Source: an uncultured bacterium
GTDB lineage: Bacteria > Auribacterota > Erginobacteria > Erginobacterales > Erginobacteraceae
Direction: 5' to 3'
NCBI GenBank assembly: GCA_963822585.1
Contig: CAWGIE010000007.1
Coordinates: 192,001 to 256,000 of the forward strand
DNA: 64,000 nt
A program made the translations under genes and the position numbers. Below the pieces are notes generated by a model. The model worked only from the letters and a program-made list of their open reading frames with translations, searched no databases and was not told the DNA's origin. Positions 49,809 through 59,688 of the stretch are shown in pieces (the first letter of the stretch is position 1; each line of letters starts with the position of its first letter).

Positions 49809-51685
49809 GACCTTACTCGAAAAGCTACTTTCAAGAAACAGCAAACCGAAGAATAATAGCATAATCGGGGGAGAAAAGGCATAGTAAAAATGCCGCAATG
49901 TGCTACAATTAGCCAACTACCGCAAAATAGGAGGCTGAATATGCAAGCACACGCGGCACATCATAATCTACCATCTCCCCACCTCCAGGGCAACCTATTT
50001 TTGCCGGTTCCCGACAGCGATTTCAGCGCTTTTCTGCAACAAAGCGAAGAATTAGTCAGATTTGCCCCTGAAATCCTGGCTGAAATCGATCGGGATTTGG
50101 ATCAACGCGGGATAGGAAAGAAAATAAAGCGTTTTGCAGATAAACGGCATATGGAGGAGTTGACATCCGAATTGTCTGGCATACGGTTGGATGATTACAG
50201 TGTCAACGATTATGAGTACCAGCTTGAAGTAGGCCACCCCCGGATGCCGGCTTACCTGGTGTATATATTTTTGCAGATACGGGGCTATCTGGGTTCGGCA
50301 ACCAACAGGGAGGCGGTAACCTTTATTCTGGAATCAATGTCGCTATATTCTTTCCTGCAGAGTCGAGGTTATAAGATGCCGGCACCAAACACGATCCTGG
50401 AGAACACCAATGCGGTTACGAACCGGACCCGGGAGTTGATCCTGGAAAAGCAGATTGCCTTGATCCGGGAAGAAGGACTGGATGATTTTATAAAGACGAC
50501 TTTCGATTCGACTCAGGTGGAGGCGAACTCCGCCTGGCCCACCGACTCAAGGATCTTGACGGGTTTGGTAACGCGAGCGCACAAGTTGGGCCAGTTGCTG
50601 GAGAATTTTCAACTGCCGAATTTTTCGGTGTGGTGGATGCGGCAATGGCTGAAAAAGATGCGGAGATTGGATCTGGAGATTAATCTGGCGTCAACCAAGT
50701 CCCGAATGAAAAACCGGAGAAAGAAGATACGGCAGTATTATCGTCGTCTGTTCGGTTTTGGCCGCCAGGCAATTGCTTATCTGGACGAGGAGTTGACGAA
50801 GTTGGAGGACACCTACCAGCCGTACGATTTTATCCTTCCCAGCCAGAGGCAGAGGCTGGAAAATTTATTGCAACAAATCCGTGAAGATATCGAGGATGCC
50901 GGGCGAGTGGTCGCCTATGCCGAAGAGCGTGTCTTCGCAGGCAAAGTCGTAAGTTCTCGGGATAAGATATTGAGTTTAGCGGATAAATCGGCGGCTTATA
51001 TCGAGAAGGGCGGCCGGGAAGCAGTGATCGGTTACAAGCCGCAGATTGCCAGGAGCGGGGAGGGATTTATTGTTGGACTGATCGTCAGGGAGGGGAATCC
51101 AGCAGACAAGTCTGAGTTATTGCCTTTGTTTGACGAGGTGGTCGGACGGACGGGGATAGTCCCGGAGGTGGTCAGTGCGGATGACGGTTATGCGTTTGGG
51201 GATGCCCGGGACACTATCCTTGAGCGGGGAGTGAAGGTAATGAGTTTGAGCGGATCGCGGGGGAAGAGAATAATCGGGGATAGAGATTGGGAGAGCGATG
51301 GATACCGGGAAGCCCGACGGATGCGATCGGCAGTTGAATCCCTGATGTTCGTCTTGAAGCACTGTTTTGAATTTGGACGTTTGGGCCGGCGGGGTCTGGA
51401 GGCGGTGCGCGCGGAGTTGCTGGAGAAGGCCATAGCCTACAATACCTGCCGGATTACATATTTGAAGAGGAGGGCAGAACAAGAGATTGTAAGTCAGGCC
51501 GCTTAAACAGCGGCCGCAAATAATTGTCAGAGAGAAAACACGGGAGGAGTGTTTCCGCGCTCAGTCCGGAAGAAGCAAATGGGCGATAAATCAGGCAGCA
51601 GATAGCACAGAAAACGCAAAATTCGGTGCTCTTGCCGGTTGAGGGAGAACAAGGGGGTGTGGCGGGGGGCTTTTCGAGTAAGGTC
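49809..51685 (+). mobile_element. IS5-like/ISNCY insertion sequence, copy 2
   Basis: Same TIRs; 1883-bp period. Confidence 0.9.
49941..51506 (+). CDS. DDE transposase, identical copy
   Basis: Identical translation to copy 1. Confidence 0.88.
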   Translation: MQAHAAHHNLPSPHLQGNLFLPVPDSDFSAFLQQSEELVRFAPEILAEIDRDLDQRGIGKKIKRFADKRHMEELTSELSGIRLDDYSVNDYEYQLEVGHPRMPAYLVYIFLQIRGYLGSATNREAVTFILESMSLYSFLQSRGYKMPAPNTILENTNAVTNRTRELILEKQIALIREEGLDDFIKTTFDSTQVEANSAWPTDSRILTGLVTRAHKLGQLLENFQLPNFSVWWMRQWLKKMRRLDLEINLASTKSRMKNRRKKIRQYYRRLFGFGRQAIAYLDEELTKLEDTYQPYDFILPSQRQRLENLLQQIREDIEDAGRVVAYAEERVFAGKVVSSRDKILSLADKSAAYIEKGGREAVIGYKPQIARSGEGFIVGLIVREGNPADKSELLPLFDEVVGRTGIVPEVVSADDGYAFGDARDTILERGVKVMSLSGSRGKRIIGDRDWESDGYREARRMRSAVESLMFVLKHCFEFGRLGRRGLEAVRAELLEKAIAYNTCRITYLKRRAEQEIVSQAA

Positions 51686-51691
51686 TAGCTA

Positions 51692-53568
51692 GACCTTACT
51701 CGAAAAGCTACTTTCAAGAAACAGCAAACCGAAGAATAATAGCATAATCGGGGGAGAAAAGGCATAGTAAAAATGCCGCAATGTGCTACAATTAGCCAAC
51801 TACCGCAAAATAGGAGGCTGAATATGCAAGCACACGCGGCACATCATAATCTACCATCTCCCCACCTCCAGGGCAACCTATTTTTGCCGGTTCCCGACAG
51901 CGATTTCAGCGCTTTTCTGCAACAAAGCGAAGAATTAGTCAGATTTGCCCCTGAAATCCTGGCTGAAATCGATCGGGATTTGGATCAACGCGGGATAGGA
52001 AAGAAAATAAAGCGTTTTGCAGATAAACGGCATATGGAGGAGTTGACATCCGAATTGTCTGGCATACGGTTGGATGATTACAGTGTCAACGATTATGAGT
52101 ACCAGCTTGAAGTAGGCCACCCCCGGATGCCGGCTTACCTGGTGTATATATTTTTGCAGATACGGGGCTATCTGGGTTCGGCAACCAACAGGGAGGCGGT
52201 AACCTTTATTCTGGAATCAATGTCGCTATATTCTTTCCTGCAGAGTCGAGGTTATAAGATGCCGGCACCAAACACGATCCTGGAGAACACCAATGCGGTT
52301 ACGAACCGGACCCGGGAGTTGATCCTGGAAAAGCAGATTGCCTTGATCCGGGAAGAAGGACTGGATGATTTTATAAAGACGACTTTCGATTCGACTCAGG
52401 TGGAGGCGAACTCCGCCTGGCCCACCGACTCAAGGATCTTGACGGGTTTGGTAACGCGAGCGCACAAGTTGGGCCAGTTGCTGGAGAATTTTCAACTGCC
52501 GAATTTTTCGGTGTGGTGGATGCGGCAATGGCTGAAAAAGATGCGGAGATTGGATCTGGAGATTAATCTGGCGTCAACCAAGTCCCGAATGAAAAACCGG
52601 AGAAAGAAGATACGGCAGTATTATCGTCGTCTGTTCGGTTTTGGCCGCCAGGCAATTGCTTATCTGGACGAGGAGTTGACGAAGTTGGAGGACACCTACC
52701 AGCCGTACGATTTTATCCTTCCCAGCCAGAGGCAGAGGCTGGAAAATTTATTGCAACAAATCCGTGAAGATATCGAGGATGCCGGGCGAGTGGTCGCCTA
52801 TGCCGAAGAGCGTGTCTTCGCAGGCAAAGTCGTAAGTTCTCGGGATAAGATATTGAGTTTAGCGGATAAATCGGCGGCTTATATCGAGAAGGGCGGCCGG
52901 GAAGCAGTGATCGGTTACAAGCCGCAGATTGCCAGGAGCGGGGAGGGATTTATTGTTGGACTGATCGTCAGGGAGGGGAATCCAGCAGACAAGTCTGAGT
53001 TATTGCCTTTGTTTGACGAGGTGGTCGGACGGACGGGGATAGTCCCGGAGGTGGTCAGTGCGGATGACGGTTATGCGTTTGGGGATGCCCGGGACACTAT
53101 CCTTGAGCGGGGAGTGAAGGTAATGAGTTTGAGCGGATCGCGGGGGAAGAGAATAATCGGGGATAGAGATTGGGAGAGCGATGGATACCGGGAAGCCCGA
53201 CGGATGCGATCGGCAGTTGAATCCCTGATGTTCGTCTTGAAGCACTGTTTTGAATTTGGACGTTTGGGCCGGCGGGGTCTGGAGGCGGTGCGCGCGGAGT
53301 TGCTGGAGAAGGCCATAGCCTACAATACCTGCCGGATTACATATTTGAAGAGGAGGGCAGAACAAGAGATTGTAAGTCAGGCCGCTTAAACAGCGGCCGC
53401 AAATAATTGTCAGAGAGAAAACACGGGAGGAGTGTTTCCGCGCTCAGTCCGGAAGAAGCAAATGGGCGATAAATCAGGCAGCAGATAGCACAGAAAACGC
53501 AAAATTCGGTGCTCTTGCCGGTTGAGGGAGAACAAGGGGGTGTGGCGGGGGGCTTTTCGAGTAAGGTC
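51692..53568 (+). mobile_element. IS5-like/ISNCY insertion sequence, copy 3
   Basis: Same TIRs; followed by TAGCTA-AC, the R'' of attC 7. Confidence 0.9.
51824..53389 (+). CDS. DDE transposase, identical copy
   Basis: Identical translation to copy 1. Confidence 0.88.
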   Translation: MQAHAAHHNLPSPHLQGNLFLPVPDSDFSAFLQQSEELVRFAPEILAEIDRDLDQRGIGKKIKRFADKRHMEELTSELSGIRLDDYSVNDYEYQLEVGHPRMPAYLVYIFLQIRGYLGSATNREAVTFILESMSLYSFLQSRGYKMPAPNTILENTNAVTNRTRELILEKQIALIREEGLDDFIKTTFDSTQVEANSAWPTDSRILTGLVTRAHKLGQLLENFQLPNFSVWWMRQWLKKMRRLDLEINLASTKSRMKNRRKKIRQYYRRLFGFGRQAIAYLDEELTKLEDTYQPYDFILPSQRQRLENLLQQIREDIEDAGRVVAYAEERVFAGKVVSSRDKILSLADKSAAYIEKGGREAVIGYKPQIARSGEGFIVGLIVREGNPADKSELLPLFDEVVGRTGIVPEVVSADDGYAFGDARDTILERGVKVMSLSGSRGKRIIGDRDWESDGYREARRMRSAVESLMFVLKHCFEFGRLGRRGLEAVRAELLEKAIAYNTCRITYLKRRAEQEIVSQAA

Positions 53569-53569
53569 T

Positions 53570-53696
53570 AGCTAACGAGGCGCTCCAGCCGACCCCTTAC
53601 CGTAGTGCGGCTGTGGAGTCGGATTGATTGGTCGGGAGTATTATTGTTATCAATATTTTTCGGTTGTAATCGGGGCAGCTGAGCTCGGCGTTAAGC
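53570..53696 (+). repeat. attC 7 (long, divergent type)
   Basis: AGCTAAC-gaggc-GCTCCAG...CTGAGC-tcggc-GTTAAGC. Confidence 0.85.
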
Positions 53697-53709
53697 TAGG
53701 AGATAAAAT

Positions 53710-54258
53710 ATGAGAAATGTATATTTAACTTTTATCTCTCTAATACTTGCGATTTCATTTCAATATAAAATAGCCACAGCTGACATTGTTATTCCATACA
53801 AGAATCTTGATGAGGCTATAATTAAGGCTGATGTAATTGGTATAATTTGTGTTCATAACACTCTACCACCAAAACATGATGAGATCGTCAGCATAGACAC
53901 GAATTGTGAAGCTAGCATAGTAAAGTGCTTGAAAGGAGATCTGCCAGAAGATGAGGTCATTACTATTCGTCTGCGTCCAAGCATTATGATTAATACTTCA
54001 TGTAGTACTGATATTAAACATTTCCGCAACTTAAATTGCTGTAATTACCAGTTAGTTTTTCTAATCAAACATCCTTCGTGGAACTATTTCGGTTGGTATT
54101 TAGAAATTTCATCAAACTTCGATCAAAATAAAATAAAAAACATGCCTTTAAAAGAAGCAATAAAAATATTATTAGAAGATTTTGTCGTAGAAGTTAAATC
54201 TGAAGTCAATGATCTAGCGATTACGTATAAAGAGATTTTAAATAGTCTTAGTGAATAG
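53710..54258 (+). CDS. Cassette 8: secreted hypothetical protein
   Basis: Signal peptide; fills the cassette. Confidence 0.7.
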   Translation: MRNVYLTFISLILAISFQYKIATADIVIPYKNLDEAIIKADVIGIICVHNTLPPKHDEIVSIDTNCEASIVKCLKGDLPEDEVITIRLRPSIMINTSCSTDIKHFRNLNCCNYQLVFLIKHPSWNYFGWYLEISSNFDQNKIKNMPLKEAIKILLEDFVVEVKSEVNDLAITYKEILNSLSE

Positions 54259-54324
54259 CTTAACAAATCGCTCCACTCGACCGTGTCCGCTTCGCGGCCA
54301 CGGCGAGTGAGCTTTTCGTTAGCA
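54258..54324 (+). repeat. attC 8 (short type)
   Basis: GCTTAAC...GTTAGCA. Confidence 0.9.
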
Positions 54325-54728
54325 TGAACAAGAATGAGAAAAAGCTCCTTGTTCGTTTAATTATTTGGATTATTGTTGTATCCGTCTTCTCATTACCTCG
54401 GTTCTATCCACCCCGGACTCCATTTATTACAAAGAATTTCTTTGGCATGGCTTTAATTCCTATTGGAGCTTTACTATTCGCTTGTCCAAATATTCATTGG
54501 CGTTGGTTCCTTTATTATGGGTTAATTGGAGCTGTCCCATTCGTATTATCCTCCTATGAAATCTCTTCAATAAATTTCTATCTTTCCTGCAAAGTCGGTA
54601 AATACCCCAATGTTTTTAAATTGTTTTTCCCTTGTATCCTACCACTCATCATTATTCCGCCGCTTACTTTGGGAGCAGTCTTCCTACGAAATAAATTGTC
54701 GAATTTTACTATAAGAAAAACATGCTAA
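54324..54728 (+). CDS. Cassette 9: membrane protein
   Basis: Four hydrophobic segments; stop inside R''. Confidence 0.7.
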   Translation: MNKNEKKLLVRLIIWIIVVSVFSLPRFYPPRTPFITKNFFGMALIPIGALLFACPNIHWRWFLYYGLIGAVPFVLSSYEISSINFYLSCKVGKYPNVFKLFFPCILPLIIIPPLTLGAVFLRNKLSNFTIRKTC

Positions 54729-54749
54729 CCCTTATAAGGCCTCCGGACG

Positions 54750-55294
54750 TCAATAGAGAAAAATAGACAAAAACCTCCTGTCGCGGAAAAAGCGTCATCC
54801 ACGTTTATTTTTCCGGCTGCCTCAAAAAGCAACGACCATCCTGACTTGATTTCTCAAACGCAGCTGGCTGCGGGACATGCCCGCTCCAAACCCCTATCGA
54901 GGCTCAATCATCCGATTCGCTGAATATTTTTGCGCCGGACGACTGCGGATCTGATTTATTCATCTCCGCGACCTAGAAATATTACCTGGCCCTCATACCG
55001 CCCTATTCAAACCGCGGGTTCTGCGCCGGAGGCGCACATCCAGTTAGTTCCGGGGTCGGGTGAGGGGCAGGACATGTCGGTACTCCTTGATGCTTCCGTT
55101 ATGTTGAGGGAGGGAGACGGACCTCCAATCCAACCGATAGGCTCCCGGGCATTGGCGCGTGGTCTCATCCGTGGTCTTCGCCACATACAATGCACCTGTA
55201 TCTTTCAGAGACCTCATGAGCGCTCGCCCTCTACGGTCCAGTTAGGAATTAGGTTCGTCCGTCCCCTCCCTCTGCGCCCCGACAACGTCGGGGT
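54750..55294 (-). ncRNA. Putative IS1111 non-coding region encoding a bridge/seek RNA
   Basis: About 550 nt without a credible ORF downstream of the transposase inside the IS, the position known for IS1111 guide RNAs; RNA boundaries not determinable here. Confidence 0.55.
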
Positions 55295-56338
55295 TCATGA
55301 CGCGTAAAACTTCTCCCGGTCAAATGGTTCTCCCCGTTGCAACATGAAGTAGACCGCTCTTCCCAGACGTGCCCCTATAATCGACAACGCTTTTCCTTTC
55401 CCGTGTTTCTTCTCCAGGCGTTTAAGATATTGTTTCCCTCGGGGATTTCCCCGAAGGAACAATGCCGTCGCCTCCGAGAACGCCCACTTGAGATGGACAT
55501 TCCCGATCTTTCCCCCGCCGAATCCTTGAATCTTGCCGGCCGAGCCCCGGGCGCACTTCACCAGCCGGGCGTAGGAAGAAAATTTCTGGACCCGGGGAAA
55601 GCGTTTTATGTCTTCGATCTCATACAGGATTGTCGTCGCCAGGATCGGCCCGATTCCATCGACGCTTTGCAGTAGATAATAACCGTGGGCATTGTGAATC
55701 TTCACCATCCGGTCGATGTAGTTCTCCAGGTCCTTGATCACCAGATCGAAGTAGTCGAGCAGTTGGAGGTCCGCTTCCACGTTCTTGCGGACCGCCGGGA
55801 CCGGAAAGTGCTCGGCTTCCCCCTCCCGGTTCTTCTTCCGGTCAAGCCTTCTCCCGATCGGCTCAAGGTTGTATTGGCTGTTGGTATTCTGGATGTGGGC
55901 TAAAAGCTCCGCCCGACGCCGCACAAAATAGCTCCTCCGCCGCCGCAGGTCCCGGTCAGCCCGCATCTTCCGGGGATAGACGTACGCGATTGGAAACATC
56001 CCCCCCTTAATCAACCGGACGATCTTCTCGGAATCGACTTTATCGTTCTTTGCTTTCCCCCCGTGAATAGCTTTCATGTAGAGAGCGTGCCCCAGGATAA
56101 AAGGGATTCCCTTCTCCGTGCAGAGATCGGCCAGCCAGTACCAGAGGAAGACGCATTCGACCCCGACAACAATATCTTCTCTATAGGGCTCGATCACCTT
56201 CATGAAAGTCTCTCGGTCCGTCGGGATGTTTTTGTGGGCCAGAATATCCCCCTCCTGATCGATGACGCAGAGATACATTGACCTTGCATGCAGATCCACC
56301 CCGCAGTAAAATTTATGTCGCTGGGTGTAGAATCTCAT
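55295..56338 (-). CDS. IS110 family (DEDD) transposase/recombinase
   Basis: CGVDLH, GVEC, KNDKVDS, SVDGIG, SAGK; start MRFY after AGGAGG. Confidence 0.92.
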   Translation of the reverse strand: MRFYTQRHKFYCGVDLHARSMYLCVIDQEGDILAHKNIPTDRETFMKVIEPYREDIVVGVECVFLWYWLADLCTEKGIPFILGHALYMKAIHGGKAKNDKVDSEKIVRLIKGGMFPIAYVYPRKMRADRDLRRRRSYFVRRRAELLAHIQNTNSQYNLEPIGRRLDRKKNREGEAEHFPVPAVRKNVEADLQLLDYFDLVIKDLENYIDRMVKIHNAHGYYLLQSVDGIGPILATTILYEIEDIKRFPRVQKFSSYARLVKCARGSAGKIQGFGGGKIGNVHLKWAFSEATALFLRGNPRGKQYLKRLEKKHGKGKALSIIGARLGRAVYFMLQRGEPFDREKFYAS

Positions 56339-56551
56339 CGGCCTCCTCCTTTCCCCGCTTGTCGGGGGTTGAGGTTTAACGGTTCTCTTCATCATACCAA
56401 TAGGCATGATAAAGGAGGAGGCCTTAAACAGTATCCAGTCGCTCAAGCAGACCGGAAGGGCTGATGCTACTGTCGAACATTTTCTCTTCGGCGACGTTTT
56501 CCGGGGTAGCAAAGTTTTTTAGTCGTCCCCTTCCAGCAGCTTAGCTCTACG

Positions 56552-56768
56552 ATAAGCGGCGAACGCGCCGCGGAAGAAATAAAGAAAAGAAAGACAAAGA
56601 TAAATCGGGTGGGCAAACGGTGGCATTTTAAACCTTCGCCGCTTATCGGGGAGCTGAGCTTCGCTCTCCCGGGTGAACAGGCGGCGCTGCCGCCTATCCA
56701 CCCGCTCGAGTTGTCCCGCCTGAAGGGTCCGCTCCGCGTCCCCTCACGGCGGGCAACTCAGCTCCCCG
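56552..56768 (+). other. Cassette 10: ORF-less structured cassette, copy 1 (own attC 56692-56774)
   Basis: GATAAGCGGCGAA...TTCGCCGCTTATC IR, two more hairpins, attC GCCTATC-caccc-GCTCGAG...CTCAGC-tcccc-GTTAGAA. Confidence 0.85.
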
Positions 56769-56785
56769 TTAGAACATAAGATAAT

Positions 56786-57169
56786 ATGACTCCTACCGAA
56801 TCATTACATAAAGCTATCTCTCAGTTTGAAGGTGTAGCTTGGTCTAATTTTGGAGACCCCGAGCCTGATCGGAATGATGAAAAAGGATGGTCTCCAGGAT
56901 GGGTCAAATTTGGGGTCAAAAAGAATGAACTTGGTTGGAGAACATTAGAATTTTTTGCTTGGGCTTTCGAAGATTTGATTAAAGCAAAGTATCATATGTT
57001 CTTCTTCCCTTCTTCTCCCCCACCTTACCTTAACGAACCTGGAGAATGTCTTTCATTTATTGTCGAATGCTATATTGATTCCCCAGATGATGAACAAAAT
57101 ATTGAGGAAATGGCACAGCATCTCAACAAATGGTTTGTTACTCAATGGCCTTCATGCAAACCAAAGTAA
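56786..57169 (+). CDS. Cassette 11: hypothetical protein
   Basis: Fills the cassette. Confidence 0.7.
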   Translation: MTPTESLHKAISQFEGVAWSNFGDPEPDRNDEKGWSPGWVKFGVKKNELGWRTLEFFAWAFEDLIKAKYHMFFFPSSPPPYLNEPGECLSFIVECYIDSPDDEQNIEEMAQHLNKWFVTQWPSCKPK

Positions 57170-57170
57170 G

Positions 57171-57237
57171 TTCTAACCATTCGCTCCACTCGACCGTGTC
57201 CGCTTTGCGGCCCCGGCGAGTGAGCTCTACGATAAGC
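57171..57237 (+). repeat. attC 11 (short type)
   Basis: TTCTAAC...GTGAGC-tctac-GATAAGC. Confidence 0.88.
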
Positions 57238-57449
57238 GGCGAACGCGCCGCGGAAGAAAAAAAGAAAAGAAAGACAAAGATAAATCGGGTGGGCAAACGG
57301 TGGAATTTTTAACCCTTCGCCGCTTATCGGGGAGCTGAGCTTCGCTCTCCCGGGTGAACAGGCGGCGCTGCCGCCTATCCACCCGCTCGAGTTGTCCCGC
57401 CTGAAGGGTCCGCTTCGCGTCCCCTCACGGCGCGCAACTCAGCTCCCCG
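57232..57449 (+). other. Cassette 12: ORF-less structured cassette, copy 2
   Basis: Near-identical to copy 1. Confidence 0.85.
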
Positions 57450-57460
57450 TTAGCCCAGCA

Positions 57461-57853
57461 ATGAAAAAATGGATTAAAATTTCATTTCTTTGTATTTTTC
57501 TCATTGCAACATTGATTGCCTGCTACTTCGGCTATTTGCTTTACCAATTTTCAAGTCCACCAAAAATTACGATAATCAATAATTCCAACAGTGTACTCCA
57601 AAACTTAATCGTTAGTGGTTCAGGGTTTTCAAAAGAAATCAAATCTCTTGAGCCGAGAACATCAACCGTAATCAAAGTAACCCCTCCTGGTGAATCTGGT
57701 TTAAAAATCAAGTTTAAAGCAAATTTTCGCGAGTTCGAGAAAGATGATTTAGCTTACATAGAAAGTTCAGGAGGCTATTTAGTTACAATAACCATCTCTG
57801 ATAATTTCAAAATTACAGCTAAACCTACCTTCAGGAAAAACTGGTTTTTCTAA
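57461..57853 (+). CDS. Cassette 13: membrane-anchored hypothetical protein
   Basis: Start MKKW just after attC; N-terminal TM. Confidence 0.7.
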   Translation: MKKWIKISFLCIFLIATLIACYFGYLLYQFSSPPKITIINNSNSVLQNLIVSGSGFSKEIKSLEPRTSTVIKVTPPGESGLKIKFKANFREFEKDDLAYIESSGGYLVTITISDNFKITAKPTFRKNWFF

Positions 57854-57858
57854 ACAGG

Positions 57859-57987
57859 GGCTAACCATTCGCTCAAGCAGACCGGAAGGGCTGATGCTAC
57901 TTTCAAACATATTATCTTTTTCAGTGTTTTTCGGGGTAGAATGGTTTTTTAGTCGGCCCCTTCCGGCCGCTTAGCTCTACGTTATGT
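57859..57987 (+). repeat. attC 13 (long type)
   Basis: GGCTAAC...GTTATGT. Confidence 0.9.
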
Positions 57988-58004
57988 TTTAAAGGAAATT
58001 CTCA

Positions 58005-58487
58005 ATGAGATTTAAAAAGCTCACAATAGCAGTAGTCTATATCCTCATAGGAATAATAATTGGATCGTTTGGAACCATGTCATGGGTTGGAATTAAAATG
58101 GCCAAAACCTTTCTCTTCCTTAAAGAAGTTGAATTGGGGAAATCCGGTTCTATGGCATGGGAAAGATATAACTCTGGAAATCCATCAATAGCTATATGGG
58201 CTTTACAGCAACACCTTAAAAATCTTGGGGAATGGTCAAAGATTATGGAAGACCCAGAAATTGATTGGCCTTATAAAGACAATATTGAAATAGAATTGAT
58301 TATTACACATGGGAGATTGGCGAAGTTATACAAAGATACTGGCCAAACAGAGGGAAAAGAAGTTCATCTTAAAGAAGCATTATCTATTTCACAATCCTCG
58401 GATAAACCGGCGTTTAATTGCCTTTCCAATGAAGCATTGCTTTTCGATAAGGTAGCTGTTTTCGATAAATATTTATATCCACGATAA
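58005..58487 (+). CDS. Cassette 14: membrane-anchored hypothetical protein
   Basis: N-terminal TM; helical C-terminus. Confidence 0.7.
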   Translation: MRFKKLTIAVVYILIGIIIGSFGTMSWVGIKMAKTFLFLKEVELGKSGSMAWERYNSGNPSIAIWALQQHLKNLGEWSKIMEDPEIDWPYKDNIEIELIITHGRLAKLYKDTGQTEGKEVHLKEALSISQSSDKPAFNCLSNEALLFDKVAVFDKYLYPR

Positions 58488-58490
58488 AAA

Positions 58491-58562
58491 ACATAACCAT
58501 TCGCTCCACCCGACTTTTGACCGCCATGCGGCGGCCAAAAGCGAGTGAGCTCTACGTTGGGC
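58491..58562 (+). repeat. attC 14 (short type)
   Basis: ACATAAC...GTTGGGC. Confidence 0.9.
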
Positions 58563-58574
58563 AATAAAAAAATA

Positions 58575-59078
58575 ATGTCTAATTCCTCAAATAACAAATT
58601 TTCACTCATTATTTCATTATTAATATTGATCAATCTTTCATGTTCCAGCCCTGCTGGAGAAAAAATGGTTATTTCTCTCACTATAGATCAAGGAGGAGCC
58701 AAACAAGCACAATTGATAGAACGGATTAAAGAATACTATACGTATTTTGAAAACAAAGACTGGGGTGAAATGTATGAACTGCTTTATTTGAAACTACAAA
58801 CAACACTCCCTGATGCTAAGTCAAAATTCATTGAAGGAATGCAAACTAAAATCATGTATGGCAAGGTCAGATGGGGATTTGACTCTATAGAATTAAAAGA
58901 AATAATCATGCGGGATAATAAAGCTTTTGTTGAAATCGAATATTCATTGACTGACAAATGGCATAGGAAACCTTCCCCAAAAGAAACATGGTGGGATGAG
59001 TGGATATTTATTGATGGAAAATGGATGATAGAACATTTTATGAGCGGTGGAAGAAGACCTGACCACTGGCCAAATTGA
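58575..59078 (+). CDS. Cassette 15: lipoprotein (possibly NTF2-like)
   Basis: Lipobox LSC; YY......DW..MY.L ... W...DGKW pattern. Confidence 0.65.
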   Translation: MSNSSNNKFSLIISLLILINLSCSSPAGEKMVISLTIDQGGAKQAQLIERIKEYYTYFENKDWGEMYELLYLKLQTTLPDAKSKFIEGMQTKIMYGKVRWGFDSIELKEIIMRDNKAFVEIEYSLTDKWHRKPSPKETWWDEWIFIDGKWMIEHFMSGGRRPDHWPN

Positions 59079-59086
59079 TAAAATTT

Positions 59087-59155
59087 GCCCAACCACACGC
59101 TACAGCAGACCGAAAACCGCTTTGCGGCTTTCGGCTGCTGAGCTCGGCGTTAGGA
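59087..59155 (+). repeat. attC 15 (short type)
   Basis: GCCCAAC...GTTAGGA. Confidence 0.88.
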
Positions 59156-59178
59156 ATAAAAAAAGAGAGGATATCACC

Positions 59179-59688
59179 ATGATTCTTTTTTCTTCTCGAA
59201 AGTTGGAAATAGCGATTGCTGAAGGAAAACTCCCAAGTTGGCAGAAAGCAAAATATATAATTATTCCTACAGTGCTCTCAGGACCTTTTGCATGGTCATC
59301 TTATGTGATCAGACCAATATTTGGGAAGAAGCCTCCAACACTTAATACTCTTATCTCAATATTTATTTCGATATTAACAATGTTTATAATTTATTATGGA
59401 ATCAAATCCTGTTTTAAAGTGAATCAGAAAATTGACGATCAAAACTTCATCGAGCGATTTTGTATTCTTTTGCTTCCTGTATTATTTAAATTAATAGTAA
59501 TATTTCTGCCTATTTCAATGATATTAACAGGGATTGCCTACGCTATTACAAGACACGATCCTCTCCTATCTCAAAGAGTCCCCATATTATTCTCAGTATT
59601 CGGCCCATTGTTTATTCTCATATATTATTCACTATTAAAGCGCTCTTTTAAGAGACTTGGTGAATTAATTAAAATAGAAAGTTCCTAA
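59179..59688 (+). CDS. Cassette 16: membrane protein
   Basis: SD GAGG, start MILF, four TM, stop inside R''. Confidence 0.7.
   Translation: MILFSSRKLEIAIAEGKLPSWQKAKYIIIPTVLSGPFAWSSYVIRPIFGKKPPTLNTLISIFISILTMFIIYYGIKSCFKVNQKIDDQNFIERFCILLLPVLFKLIVIFLPISMILTGIAYAITRHDPLLSQRVPILFSVFGPLFILIYYSLLKRSFKRLGELIKIESS

Larger units (their letters stand above)
54730..56435 (-). mobile_element. IS110 family, IS1111-attC type element (about 1.7 kb)
   Basis: Sub-terminal IRs TAAGGCCTCC / GGAGGCCTTA, no target duplication, inserted just after R'', opposite to the cassettes. Confidence 0.88.
54723..56557 (+). repeat. attC 9 (long type), split by an IS1111-type element
   Basis: TGCTAAC (54723-54729) | IS | CAGTCGCTCAAGCAGACCGG...GATAAGC; removing the IS restores the same start as attC 5. 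Confidence 0.88.

Noticed and set aside
54930..55307. Passenger ORF inside the IS1111-type element
   Set aside because: TTG start, no motifs, antisense to the transposase, and located in the expected non-coding RNA region.
56552..56768. Group IIC-attC intron remnant or obvious sigma70 promoter cassette
   Set aside because: No GTGYG 5' end, domain V or RT sequence; no convincing -35/-10 pair by eye, though promoter activity is not excluded.
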